Source of the DNA: Eledone cirrhosa
Lineage: Eukaryota
DNA: 64,000 nucleotides
Direction: 5' to 3'
NCBI GenBank assembly: GCA_964016885.1
Contig: CAXHJY010001097.1
Span: 158,354 to 222,353, forward strand
Below the pieces are notes generated by a model. It worked only from the letters and a program-made list of their open reading frames with translations. It made no database searches and was not told the DNA's origin. Made by a program: the position numbers and the translations under genes. Within the stretch, counting starts at the first letter, position 1. Every line of letters begins with the position of its first letter. Below are positions 23,344-36,403 of this stretch, piece after piece.

Positions 23344-23940
23344 TCTCATGCATACACACGTATACACACATTCATATATATATATTTATATAGTAAAGCA
23401 CTTTACTATTAGGATTATATATATCCATATATGTTGTTCTTGGCTGCTATTTCTAGCGCTAAAATTAAAACCTGAAGTGGACAAGATGAAAAAGGTAGCT
23501 AAAATTCAGTCTCAACTTTTTAAACAATAGATTTTTTTATGTCAACAAACGGAGAATATTTGGCAAGAAAGATAACTCTTGTCTTACTTAAAGCCGGAAA
23601 TTGAGTTACAAATTTTGCGGGTCTGCAGTTTATATAAACCTTCTTATTTGGTCTTGTTAACTGGCATTTGACTGCTATTTCTAGCATATATTAATAGACA
23701 CTTTAGAAATAGCAGCCAAAAGTCAGCTAACAACACTATAGGAAACACCAGAAAGAAAGACTCATGCACACACACATATATATATATATATATGTAAATG
23801 AGTGTGTGTGTGTATATGTATATACACACACACAAATACGTGTGTGTGCGTTTATATATAAATATATATGTATATATATATTTATATATACACACACACA
23901 CACACACACAAATATATTAATATATGTGCGTATATATATA

Positions 23941-24129
23941 TAATTGTTTCTATTTTAGGCACAAGGCCAGCAATTACCAGTACATTACTGGTACTTTATT
24001 TTGTCGACCCCGTAAGGATGAAAGGCAAAGTTAACCTCGGCGGGATTTGAACTCAGATCATAAAGGGACGTAACTCTATGCTTCAAAGCATGGTGTCCGA
24101 CTCTCTACCGATACTGCCAATCCACCGCC
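23941..24129 (-). mobile_element. tRNA-derived SINE (family 1)
   Basis: Matches 1376-1568. Confidence 0.8.
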
Positions 24130-24287
24130 CTAAATATATATAATATATACCGTGCGTATATATATATAATATATGTATGTATGTGTATATACGTGTGTGC
24201 GTGTATGTGTATGTATTCATACATACATATATATGTGTATATATATACATATATATGTATATACATATATATGTATATATATATATG

Positions 24288-24336
<49 letters not shown>

Positions 24337-24363
24337 GTATATATATGTATATTTATATATATG

Positions 24364-24412
<49 letters not shown>

Positions 24413-24484
24413 GTATATATATGTATATTTATATATATGTATATATATATATATGTATATATATATGTATATGTATATTTATAT

Positions 24485-25531
24485 ATGTCTCTGAACGACA
24501 TTGCTAAATGTACAGTTCAATTTTTGAAAACTCGATCTGAACAACAGATTCAAAATAAATTAAAGCAAATCGAAATTGCTTTTAAATTAATCAATAAACA
24601 TTTGGATAAACTACGGTGTGTTTTTTCTTCTTCGAATGCTGTCCAGCAGCAGCAACAGCAACAACAGCAGCTACAACAGCAACAACAACAACAGCTACAA
24701 CAACAACATCAACAACAGCAACAACAACAACAACGACAACAACAGTGTGAACCACTCCTTGATTCATCAACAATGGCCAATCTACTAAATGAAACTATTG
24801 ACCCCCCAGTAGCCTCTGTCTCACAGCATGAAACGCCACATCCTTTCTCTGGCCCAGCAGTCCAATCATCACCACTGCCAACATCTCTGCCTACTACTAC
24901 TACTACAACATTTTTGTCTACTGCTATATCAAGGAATTTACCTTCTAATACCAGAACAAGAACTCTCCCTCCCACAGTCCACAAAGGTCGTCAAATCCTA
25001 CCCAAACCATCATCTACACCTCTCACAACACACACACCCACATACCCACTCACTCGAAACCCCATCATTTGCCGCTACTCTCTACGCTATAGAATATGTA
25101 CGGATAGTGGCTGCAAATTCACCCATTTACCTAGGACAAAACGATCTATCCCCACAAACAGCCACCACCATAATACATACTCTAATTTAACACCAACACA
25201 ACCACCAATAACTCAAACAAGGAATCCACAAATCTGCCGCTTTTCCCTGCGAGACAGATTGTGTTTAGACCGGGATTGTCCCTTTACCCATCTCCCGGGG
25301 ACCCGTCGGACAAATGAAAATAAAATTAAAAATAAAAGCAAAAACAAAAACCATAACCTACATAAAAATAACCACTACCACAGTCACCAACAGTCTTCTA
25401 AACAGGAAACTTCTTCCTCTTTTTTAGCCATAATGAATCTGGCAAAAGAACTGGAAAAAAACATTCGAGCTATCACCCAGCACCACCCTCCACTATCACC
25501 CCACTGCACAAACTCCCATTGCTGCCATTAA
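24485..25531 (+). CDS. LINE ORF1 (possibly 5'-truncated): predicted helical region, polyQ, two CCCH zinc fingers
   Basis: [19 protein letters not shown] and [19 protein letters not shown] (C-x8-C-x4-C-x3-H); the ATG lies at the microsatellite junction. Confidence 0.7.
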   Translation: MSLNDIAKCTVQFLKTRSEQQIQNKLKQIEIAFKLINKHLDKLRCVFSSSNAVQQQQQQQQQLQQQQQQQLQQQHQQQQQQQQRQQQCEPLLDSSTMANLLNETIDPPVASVSQHETPHPFSGPAVQSSPLPTSLPTTTTTTFLSTAISRNLPSNTRTRTLPPTVHKGRQILPKPSSTPLTTHTPTYPLTRNPIICRYSLRYRICTDSGCKFTHLPRTKRSIPTNSHHHNTYSNLTPTQPPITQTRNPQICRFSLRDRLCLDRDCPFTHLPGTRRTNENKIKNKSKNKNHNLHKNNHYHSHQQSSKQETSSSFLAIMNLAKELEKNIRAITQHHPPLSPHCTNSHCCH

Positions 25532-28531
25532 CAAACAAACAAATTAACAACACACCAAAACAATTAAAACCATCCACTCTCGCCTCTACATTTTTGCTTA
25601 ACGCCCAAGGCATCAGCCCTTCCACCAATACTCAAAAATGGAAGATCAAATTCCTGGAGGACTGGATTGATGTCCATCCAAACCACATCCCTTTCTTCGT
25701 CCTCACTGAAACCCATCTCAGTAACCTCCACTTGGAAGCCGAGGTGAAAGTGAAAAATTTCAAAGCCATCCGTGCTGATCGCGCTGGCAGAAGAAAGGGC
25801 GGAACTGCCATTTATGTCCATAATTCTTTCTCAACAGAGGCTATGAACATATTCACTAATGGATACTGTGAAGCAGTCACTGTATTCAGTCAAACCAACA
25901 ACCTATTAGTAGTTGGGCTCTATAGGCCACCCCAAACGCCTGTACCATGCTTCAAGGAATGCCTCAACAGCATAAAGTGTTTCATCCAAGAGTGTCACCC
26001 TGACAACATCTTAATGATGGGGGACTTCAACCTCCCCGGAGTTGACTGGTCCACAAACAGCCTGCCACCAGGTTCTTCTGCCTCAACCTCTGACAGGGAA
26101 GCTGTGGAATCGCTTCTTGACTTCATGGATGATTTCTTCCTATCCCAACTGGTGCTCGAACCAACGAGGTGCCACAAAAACGTCCTAGACTTAATTTTCA
26201 GCAATCACACTGACAATATCCACAATATTGCAGTGGAGAAAACTCTACTCTCTGATCATGACATGGTTCTCTGTGATCTGAGATTCCACCGTCCAATATA
26301 CAAACCCAATGTCATCTCTCCTGTCCATCCGTTTGACGCTATGGATTTCCACAATGCAAACTGGGAAGCGATCAGTCATGATCTTGCACATGTCGACTGG
26401 TCCTTCACGCACACTCATACACCCACTAGCATCAAAAAGTCCTGGCAGACATTTGTGGACACTGTTACAAACATATGTGCTAAACACACCCCATTAAGAA
26501 CTATAAACAAATCTAAGAGCAGAATCCCTAGAAATAGAAAAACGCTCATCAGAAAAATTAAGAGAACAAACAAAAAAATCAACAAGCTGAAATACTGTCA
26601 GCAGCAACACATCAACTTGACTGCCATTTCATCACTAGAGATTAAAAAACATAACCTCCAAAACAACATAATGTCCCTCATCAACAATCAGAGAAGAGCT
26701 GAAGAGGCCTGGGCCATTGAGAAGATCAAACTCAATCCCAAAGTGTTCTTTTCATTTGCAAAAAAACACAAAATCACTGGCTCTACTGTTGGCCCTCTAA
26801 TTGATGAAAATGGCACTCTTCAAGACAATGCTAAAACCATGGGTGAGATACTGCAGAAACAATACTGCTCTGTTTTCAGCAATCCTGATATGGCCGATCT
26901 GGGCTGTATCGGCGATGTTACTCCCCATTACACCTTATCGGACATAACGTTTGGCGCCCCTGATGTCTTGGCGGCAATAAAGGAAATCAAGCATAATTCA
27001 GCAGTAGGTCCCGATAGGTTCCCTGCTTGTGTCTTGAAGGCGTGTCAACACCAACTTGCATCTCCTCTTGCCAATCTGTGGCGGAACTCACTGGATGCTG
27101 GATATGTGCCAGAAAACCTTCTATCCCAGTCTGTTGTCCCAGTTTTCAAAAAGGGAAACAAATCCCTTGCCGTGAATTACCGTCCAATCTCACTCACCTC
27201 TCATATCATTAAGGTATTTGAGCGAGTGGTGAGATCGCGAATGACCCATTTCCTTGACAGTAACAATATGCTGAACTCCAACCAGCATGGATTCCGTAAT
27301 GGAAGGTATTGCCTGACGCAGCTACTGCATCACTTTGATGACATTTTGAGAGCCTTGGGAGAGGGTTCCAACACTGATGTTATCTACCTTGATTTCAGCA
27401 AGGCCTTTGACAGGGTTGATCATAACATTCTACTGAGAAAGCTGTCCAATATTGGTGTCACTGGAAAGCTGCTGCTGCAGTGGATCAAGAGCTTCCTGTC
27501 AAACAGAACCCAACATGTTGTAGTTGAGGGTGTCAAATCAAGCCCAGCCAAAGTCAGTAGTGGGGTCCCACAAGGCACTGTGTTGGGCCCACTTCTCTTC
27601 ATCATCTATATTAATGACATCATTGACATCATCAAACACAGCAACATTAAAATTTTCGCTGATGATTCCAAGCTCCAAAAGGTCATCAATGGCGTGGATG
27701 ACCGAATAAGCCTTCAGTCAGACCTACTGGCTGTTACCCAATGGGCAGAAAAGAACAACATGTTACTGAACGAAGACAAATTCGAACTGATCCACTTTGG
27801 AAAAGAGGATGCTCTGAAACTCCCGTACTCCCTTCCCTCCGGGGAAACTCTCGTGGCATCTAACAACATCAGAGACTTGGGAGTAACCGTGGACAGCAAC
27901 ATAAGCTGGACCACACATATAAGCAGCAAAGTTGACATGGCCCGCAGAATGTGTTCCTGGATCCTCAGAACCTTCCAGTCGAGAGATTCCCGCACCATTA
28001 TCCTTCTCTTCTCTACTTTCGCCCGACCACACCTTGAATACTGTTGTCCACTGTGGTCTCCCCACACAAAACAAAGTATCATGAAACTTGAAGCTCCTCA
28101 AAGGGCAATCACGAAAAAGATAGATAGCATGTCAGACCTTGACTACTGGGGTCGATTAGAAAACCTGAAACTTTACTCACTCCAACGTCGCCGTGAGCGT
28201 TATATTATCTGCCCAAATATATCATCACTGCCCAAATGATGTTGGCATCGCCTTCAAGATACGCCCAAGGCTTGGGCCCCGTGCTATCCGTCCCATTCAA
28301 AAATCTAAATCGCAACTCATAACAACAATACGGCACAATTATTTCACCTCAATCGGCCCTGCTCTCTTCAACATCACACCAGGACATGTCAAAACAGAAA
28401 CTGACCACACAAAATTCAAGAAGTCTTTGGACAAATTCCTCCAAGTAATCCCGGACAAACCACCCACACCCGGATATGTCTCCGCAAACAGTAATTCTCT
28501 TCTCGAATGGGCCATGGTGCCCAAATCCTGA
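25519..28531 (+). CDS. LINE ORF2 APE endonuclease-reverse transcriptase, frameshifted near 28210
   Basis: LNAQG, LTETHL, GDFNLP, LDLIF, SDH; [23 protein letters not shown]; C-terminus FKKSLDKFL in 28193-28531. Confidence 0.9.
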
Positions 28532-28622
28532 ATTGAAAGACTTCGCCAGGTGGTGCTATTAAGTTAGACATGGCCTGGGCCAATACTGGCCAAAACATTT
28601 CAAAGTTATTCAAAGTTCAAAG

Positions 28623-28664
<42 letters not shown>

Positions 28665-28839
28665 GTATATGTATATATATGTGTGTGTATATGTATATAT
28701 ATGTATATATAAATGTATATATATGTGTGTGTGTGTGTATGTATGTATATATATATATATACATATATGTGTGTGTGTGAATGAGCATGTGTGAATATTT
28801 ATACACACACACATACACACACACACACATATATATATA

Positions 28840-28972
28840 TATAAATGAAGTATTTCCGTCAGAAAGGTACAGGAGGAAAGAGTGCTCTATGTAGGCTACA
28901 GAGCTGATTACTGTAGCCTACATAGAGCACTCTTTTCTCCTGTACCTTTCCGACGGAAATACTTCATTTATA
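28840..28972. repeat. Near-perfect inverted repeat (62-bp arms, 9-nt loop)
   Basis: ATAAATGAAGTATTTCCGTC...GACGGAAATACTTCATTTAT; a related single arm lies at 6083-6145. Confidence 0.9.
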
Positions 28973-29114
28973 CAGCTCCAACCGGGAATGATCGAAGCAT
29001 ATTCTATATTACATATACGATTAGCACCTTCCAGCCCGATAAGTTGAGCACTCTACAGTTTCAGGAAATTAACCAACATACACCATGGACGTTTATGAAT
29101 TGGATTATTCTATC

Positions 29115-29870
29115 AAAAATATACCTACTCCTTCCAACAAAATATACCTACTCCTTCCAACAAAATATACCTACTCCTGCCAACAAAATATACCTACTCC
29201 TTCCAACAAAATATACCTACTCCTTCCAACAAGATATACCTACTCCTTCCAACAAAATATACCTACTCCTTCCAACAAAATATACCTACTCCTGCCAACA
29301 AAATATACCTGTTCCTTCCAACAAAATATACCTACTCCTTCCAACAAAATATACCTATTCCTTCCAACAAAATATACCTACTCCTTCCAACAAAATATAC
29401 CTACTCCTTCCAACAAAACATACCTACTCCTTCCAACAAAATATACCTACTCCTTCCAACAAAATATACCTACTCCTTCCAACAAAATATACCTACTCCT
29501 TCCAACAAAATATACCTATTCCTTCCAACAAAATATACCTACTCCTTCCAACAAAATATACCTATTCCTTCCAACAAAATATACCTACACCTTCCAACAA
29601 AATATACCTACTCCTTCCAACAAAATATACCTACTCCTTCCAACAAAATATACCTACTCCTCTACAAAATATACCTACTCCTTCCAACAAAATATACCTA
29701 CTCCTCTACAAAATATACCTACTCCTTCCAACAAAATATACCTACACCTTCCAACAAAATATACCTACTCCTTCCAACAAAATATACCTACTCCTTCCAA
29801 CAAAATATACCTACTCCTCTACAAAATATACCTACTCCTTCCAACAAAATATACCTACTCCTCTACAAAA
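29115..29870. repeat. 23-bp minisatellite (CAAAATATACCTACTCCTTCCAA), ~33 units
   Basis: Direct inspection; 21-bp variants toward the right end. Confidence 0.95.
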
Positions 29871-30044
29871 TTCCTTTTTGCCCGTTTTTTTTCAGCCTCA
29901 CTTTCATATTTCCTAAATTTTGTTTTCAAATCCATATCTAATAAAAACACCATGTTATTTATTCCGACGACTGAAGACAAACACATCTGCCTTCAAAAAA
30001 CCACTGGTAAATGAAATAATTATCGTATGTTGTTTATTACATAA

Positions 30045-30108
<64 letters not shown>

Positions 30109-30289
30109 AAAATTTTATTTTAAATTGTTGGGTTACAACAAGTAAATATTTTATAACTGATATAAAGCACTCGACATGTTTTTGGAGTAGATATACGATA
30201 TTAAACAAATGGAAACTATATCTATAAAACCATATTTATTTCATTATACATATTTCGGGGATACCATATTAAAAATATGGCATGCCTTC

Positions 30290-30642
30290 TGGGATATATA
30301 TGTGTGTGGTATGTATATCATGTTAAAGATCTATGTAAAAATATTACAAATTATCAGAGGAAATATACCTTCACATACATGCTATCTTCAGAAATGATGA
30401 AGTATGTTTATTGAAAAAAACACCTATCAACTTGACCTCTAACTCTTTTCCGTTGGTCAATTCAAAACCTGTTCCTAAACAGACTTTTTATATTAATTCT
30501 TTGTTTTTTTCAATAAACACATCTCATCATTTCTGAAGACGGCATGTATATGTGAAAGTATGTATATCTCCTCTGATATTTGTAATATTTTAAAATAGAT
30601 CTTTAACATGATATATATACCACACAAATATATATCCCAGAA
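30290..30642. repeat. Imperfect inverted repeat (~135-bp arms)
   Basis: 30290-30422 versus 30502-30642. Confidence 0.8.
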
Positions 30643-30852
30643 AAGATTGTAAAATGATGAATTTTTTAATATAAGGAACTTGTTCTTGTTTTTATTTCAT
30701 TGTTTTTATTAATTTATCTTGACTCTGTTTTCCTATGACTTTTATCGTAAATTTTTGAATGCATCTTCTCTTTTAATGATATCTTCTATATTTGGATTAC
30801 ATTGAGTTCTTCATACGGATTGGACACTACCGTATATTTTGCTAGATTTATC

Positions 30853-30888
<36 letters not shown>

Positions 30889-31023
30889 CACATATATATG
30901 TCCTTCTTCCTCTTATGTCGTCTATGGCTGATATCTCTAGCATGTTTATATATATGTCCTTCATTTTCTCTTGAGCTCCCATTCTCCTCCAAAAGTGTGT
31001 GTGTCTGAGTGTGTAAAATGCAA

Positions 31024-33351
31024 CACATCGACCCAATAGAGGGACCAGCAGTGTTAGTCAAGGTTAGTATAATAAGTAAGGCAATCAAGGATATGAAGAC
31101 TGGTAAGGCGGCTGGGCCTTCGGAAATAGTTGCTGAGATGCTGAAGGCATCTGGTACGGTGGGACACACCATGGTCACCCGGATAATAAAACAAGTCGTA
31201 CAGAATGGGGTTGTTCCGAAGGACTGGCGTAGCAGCATCATCGTTAACTGTTATAAGGGTAAAGGAGATGCCCTAGATCGGAGTAACTATAGAGGCATTA
31301 AATTAATTGACCAGGTCATGAAGGTCACGGAAAAAGTAATAGCACAACTAATCAGAGAGCGAATTGATCTAGATGAAATGCAGTTCGGGTTGGTGTCAGG
31401 CAAAAGTACCACAGACGCTCTTTTCATTGTACGACAACTACAGGAGCAGTACCTAGCTAAAAGTAAACCCCTATACTTAGCTTTTGTCGACTTGGAGAAA
31501 GCCTTCGACAGAGTCCCCCATTCCATTATCTGGTGGGCTCTTAGAAAACTAGGTGTTGACGAATGGCTTGTGAGAGCTATACAAGCCATGTATAAAGAAA
31601 CAGTCAGCAAGGTTAGAATTAACAACGAATATAGTGAAGAGTTTAGCGTAAAAGTTGGCGTCCATCAGGGCTCTGTTCTCAGCCCCCTACTATTTATTAT
31701 TGCCCTTCAGGCTATAACAGAGGAGTTCAACACCGGCTGGCCATGGGAACTCCTATACGCAGATGACCTAACACTCATAGCTGAATCAATGGCCGAGCTA
31801 GAGAAGAAATTCCAAACATGGAAGTACGGCCTAGAATAAAAAGGCCTTAAAATTAACCTGGCTAAGACCAAAGTTCTAGTCTGTAGGAAAGAAAATAAGG
31901 CGGTGGTCCCTTCCGGGAAGTGGCCATGCTCAGTGTGTAGGAAAGGCGTAGGTAGAAACTCCATTTTTTGTCCCAAATGCAAAGTATGGGTGCATAACAG
32001 ATGTAGTGGGATCACAGGTAAGCTAACTAAGAACATAGATTTTACATGTGGCTGGTGCTCTGGTGCAATACGTAGCAGCAAGCGCCCACAAAATACTAGC
32101 TCTTTCAACTGCGCAGAGGGTTCTATAGAAATAGTGGACAGCTTCCGTTACCTGGGTGACAAAATCAGCAGTGGGGGAGGGTGCTCTGAAAGTACAGTAG
32201 CTAGAGTCAGAACTGGATGGAAAAAGTTCAGAGAGCTTATACCACTATTAGCCGCTAAAGGGTTCTCCCTAAAAATGAAAGGCAGATTGTATGATGCCTG
32301 CATACGAACAGCAATGTTGCATGGCAGTGAGACCTGGGCATTGTGTGCAGAGGATATACGCAGACTAGAGAGGAACGAAGCTTGCATGCTCCGCTGGATG
32401 TGTAATAGTAATATACGTGAACGGCAAAGCATAAACGAACTAAGGAAAAAATTAGAAATAAGAGGGATCAGATGTTGTTTACTCGAGAGAAGGCTACGTT
32501 GGTATGGTCACGTGATGTATGGTCACGTGATGCATGAAAGACCATAGCTGTATAACAAAGTGCAGGGCAATAAAGATAGACGGTAGCAACGGAATAGGCA
32601 GACCCAGAAAAACCTGGGACGAGCTGATAAATTCCGACCTCACACACTTACACCTCTCCAAGACAATGTCACTGGACCGAGACCTTTGGCGGTACTCAGT
32701 AATAGAGAAGACCCGCCTTACCTAAATACAAAGTAAAACCTACTACAGTCAGTAGGCATCTCTAACAAAATACACCATATTATGGTAGTTACGGAGTAGG
32801 TAGACCCAGAAAAATCTGGGACGATCTGATAAATTCCGATATTACACACTTGCACCCCTCTAAGACAATATCACTGGACCGGGAGTTTTGCGCTACGCAG
32901 TAATACAGAAGACCCGCCTTGCCTATGTACAAAGCGAAACCTACTGTCAGTAGGCACCTCTTAACCAAATATACACCCCAATCCACTACCCCTACCCTAT
33001 CCTCCCACTCCCACCAACACTACCCTCTCTTTGTAAAGTTGGTACCACAACATCCAGTCCAAATATATGAGATAATGAGATCGAGATCATGTGGGTGTCA
33101 CGACAAAAAAACACACGGTCCAAGCTGTAATGTGGTCGTGTAGGTAACACAGTAATAAGTTCCCAGTCCACACTGTAAATGTGGTTGGTGTTAGGAAGGG
33201 CATCCAGCCGTAGAAAACCTGACAGATATTCCTATATGAGCGAGACACGGTCATCCGCCCAACCTTGCCTCAAGTGGGACAACTCCCGTCTAACCCATGC
33301 TAGCGTGGAAGATGGACGTTAAACGAAGATGATGATGATGATGATGATGAT
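31024..33351 (+). mobile_element. 5'-truncated RTE LINE joined to a second RTE 3' end
   Basis: RT ORFs 31009-31839 and 31903-32547; the ORF end and 3' UTR restart at ~32781 with a diverged variant; (GAT)n tail. Confidence 0.9.
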
Positions 33352-34456
33352 ATATATATATGGCAGTCAACCTCACTTGGCACAGACTCGAAAAAATCGT
33401 GATCCTTGGGGTTATAATTAGACTAAAGTGCTTCCACTGGGCACCATAAGCCGGTTGTGATCGTTGGAGACTGCTCTGGTGGGCCTAAGACTAAAGATAT
33501 ATATATAGCTGTTGAAATGGCCGGAGCTCAGCCGTCGGGGTCCTGAATATTTTCAAATATATATATATGTGTTCTGCAACATTTATAATTACATAAGCAA
33601 GCATCTAATTATTTGAATAACAAAATTTCAGGTTTAAATACTTTATTTTTTACCAATAACATTAAGAAAGGCATGAACAACACCACATGTTAATTACTCC
33701 ATATTGAAAGTAGGTTTATGAATATTAAATTTCTTTAGTTTTTTATAACCTTCATGGTGGTCTGGTGGGAGATACCAGAGATGGTGGAGGTTCTGGTCTG
33801 GGGTTCAATCCTGCTCAGGAGATACTCTAAGGGGGTTCATACTAAACTTCTTCAGTGTTTCTTATCTCTAGAGACAAATATATATACATAAGGTAATCTG
33901 GTAAAGTTGTTAGAACATCACATAGAATTCTTTGTAGTATTTTTTCCAGTTCTTTAATCTGAGTTCAACTTTACTTTTCTTCCATTCGGGGTTGATAATA
34001 AAGTACCAGTCAAATACTAGGGGTTAATTCTTCCTCTATATCTCACTCTCTGTCTTTCTCTGGAAGAAATCTGTTTTATTCCGACCTGGAGAAGTTTTTT
34101 TTTCTAGAGAGAAAGAAAGACTTTTGTTATGTATTTAAACGTAACTTTTTTTCACTGAACTTTGAATTCCTTTTTCTTCTCTTTAGATTGAATAAACCTT
34201 AACATTTTACGTCTACAATTATATTTACCTTAACTCATGTTAATCTTTACAGTCAAGGACCTGTTTATACTCCATCATATAAACACATCAATCTTGTTTT
34301 GTTTTTCTTGCACTGATGGAGTCATAGGGGTGTCACTGTGGACATTTGAAGCTTGGTGGAGCCCTTCACTCACCAGGTTGGAACAGATGATTTCTTCCAG
34401 AGAAGGAGAGAGAATGAGAGAGAGGAAGTGAGAAAGAAATATAGGGAGGAAGAACA

Positions 34457-34785
34457 GACCCCAGTGGCAGACTGGTACTTTTTTGTTATCAACCTTGAAT
34501 GGATGAAAGGCAAAGTTGACCTCAGCAGGATTTAAACCCAGAGAGCAGAGAACCAGAACAAATATGGCAGAAAGCATTCTATCTATTGTTTTATAGACTT
34601 TAAATAAAAGTTTCTACTTTTAACTCAACCCCAGTGTATTACTGGTACTTTATTTTACTGAACCTCTGAGGAAGAAGAGTAAAGCTAACCTCAGCAGGAT
34701 TTTAATACATAACGTAAAGGGATGTAACTATATGACACAAAGCATATCGTCTGACACTCTACTGATTCTGCCAATCCACCACCAT
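34457..34785 (-). mobile_element. Two decayed family-1 SINEs (paralog of 12861-13180)
   Basis: Reverse-complement match. Confidence 0.65.
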
Positions 34786-35277
34786 CACCAATAAAATAAA
34801 ATTGTGTCTCTAAAAGAAACCTTAATGACAAATAATATGAAGTAGAACTTTCTACAGAGTGTATTTGTGGATTACAGTACAAAACCTCTGAGAATGATTT
34901 CTAACATATTTCACCATAATAAATGTTCATTAATATATATTGTTATTATTAGGTCAGATGGATTGGCCAGAACAATTCTACACTTCTTTTTTAGATGTCA
35001 TGATCTTCCATGGCATTCCTGAGATCATTAATCTCCAGCTGGACATCCTGTGACATCTGATCTATGTAGGTCAATCTCAGTCATCCCACTAGGGTCTTAC
35101 TATGTTTAGGTATCCACCACAGGAAACAGCTCATCAGGTCATCCTCCCCTCAGTAACAATATATATATATATATATATATACACACAGACAGACACACAT
35201 ATATATATTTATTTTCTTCTTTCCAGAGTGTGTCTGTATATTTGTGTGTTTCACATTTTCAGTGATGGGGTTTATCA

Positions 35278-35529
35278 CTAGTGTTGACTACATTTGTGAA
35301 CAACCAGCGAAGAATTCCATGTGAAAGATTTCTCACATATTTCATAATGGAACGGTTTTTCTCCAGTGTGACTCCGTATGTGGATGACAAGATTAGAATT
35401 ATAAGTGAAAGATTTCCCACATATTTCACAGTAGAAGGGTTTTTCTCCTGTGTGTATTTTCCCATGTGAGGATAGTTTCAGTTTTGAAGAGAAAGTTTTC
35501 CTGCAAATATCACAGCTATATTCAGACAT
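35278..35529 (-). pseudogene. Truncated ZNF paralog (2 intact fingers and 1 broken)
   Basis: [22 protein letters not shown] matches the 10739 gene; flanks 34276-36403 are an inverted copy of 10000-13351. Confidence 0.8.
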
Positions 35530-35792
35530 ATTTCTAGCTAGAGATCTTTACATAAAGGAGTCTCACCACTTCTACTGATACATTAAGATATGTAGATATG
35601 GTTAATAGATACCATTTAGTCTAATATACACAGTGTCCATAAAAGACTGCAGAACTCCGCTTCCTTCTTCTACAAAGTTGTAATGTGGCATTCAGTTGGT
35701 ACAAGTAATAAGACATATGTCAGTGTAAGACTGATCTTGGATGAAGAAAAAGCAAGTGCTTATATATATATATGATGATGATGATGATGATA

Positions 35793-35967
35793 TCATCATC
35801 ATCATCACCGTTTTACATCCATTCCTAGGTTAGACGGGTTGTCCTGTTGTGGGCAGTGTCCGGTCAACTGACCTTGTCTTGCTCATACGGGAACTGATTC
35901 TGGCTTGATTTCTACAGCTGGATGCACTTCCTAACACCAACCTCATTTACAGTGAGTGCTAGGTGCT
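35793..35967 (-). mobile_element. RTE-type 3' tail fragment in the ZNF intron
   Basis: Matches 6325-6508; absent from the paralog near 10505. Confidence 0.7.
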
Positions 35968-36305
35968 TTATATATATATGATTCTTGTGGAGTATTCCAC
36001 TATTATTTTTGTTAAAGTGAGAGAAGCTCTATTCACAGTAAAATCCTCAGCTCATAAAACAGACGAATAAGACTTCTATAGTTAAGGTTCTTGTTATTGA
36101 GGACAGTTCAGGTGACAAGAGAATTAATATCAATAATTTCAAAAGACGAATGTTAATATATATACATATATATATATACAGACATACAGTGTTTACGTAT
36201 GAGAGAGAGAAATAAATAGGTGTGTGTGTAGAAATATGTGTGTAGGTGTTGTAATGAGTCAAGATATTTCACTTGTGTTGTGGTGGAAAACGAAATAATA
36301 CGTAC

Positions 36306-36394
36306 TTTAGTTTTCAAGACCAAATATAAAGTCAAGAAAAGTTAGTAAAAACTAAATGTTCATTGATTTCTGATCATAAAAACATTTTCCTGTC
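36306..36394 (-). other. Paralogous 89-nt 5' UTR exon
   Basis: TTTTACAG and GTACGT boundaries conserved. Confidence 0.6.
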
Positions 36395-36403
36395 CTGTAA
36401 AAT

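Larger units (their letters stand above)
24485..28625 (+). mobile_element. CR1/L2-group LINE with two ORFs
   Basis: ORF1 and overlapping EN-RT ORF2; short 3' UTR ending in TTCAAAG repeats; flanked by TA/TG microsatellite. Confidence 0.88.

Noticed and set aside
28882-30014. 344-aa and 309-aa repetitive ORFs
   Set aside because: Produced by a stop-free 23-bp minisatellite with non-triplet period
30525-30575. CTGAAGA...GAAA hammerhead candidate
   Set aside because: No stem I partner and a poor stem II
33508-33560. Short GC-rich island as a structured RNA
   Set aside because: Too short, with no recognisable motif or second copy in the window
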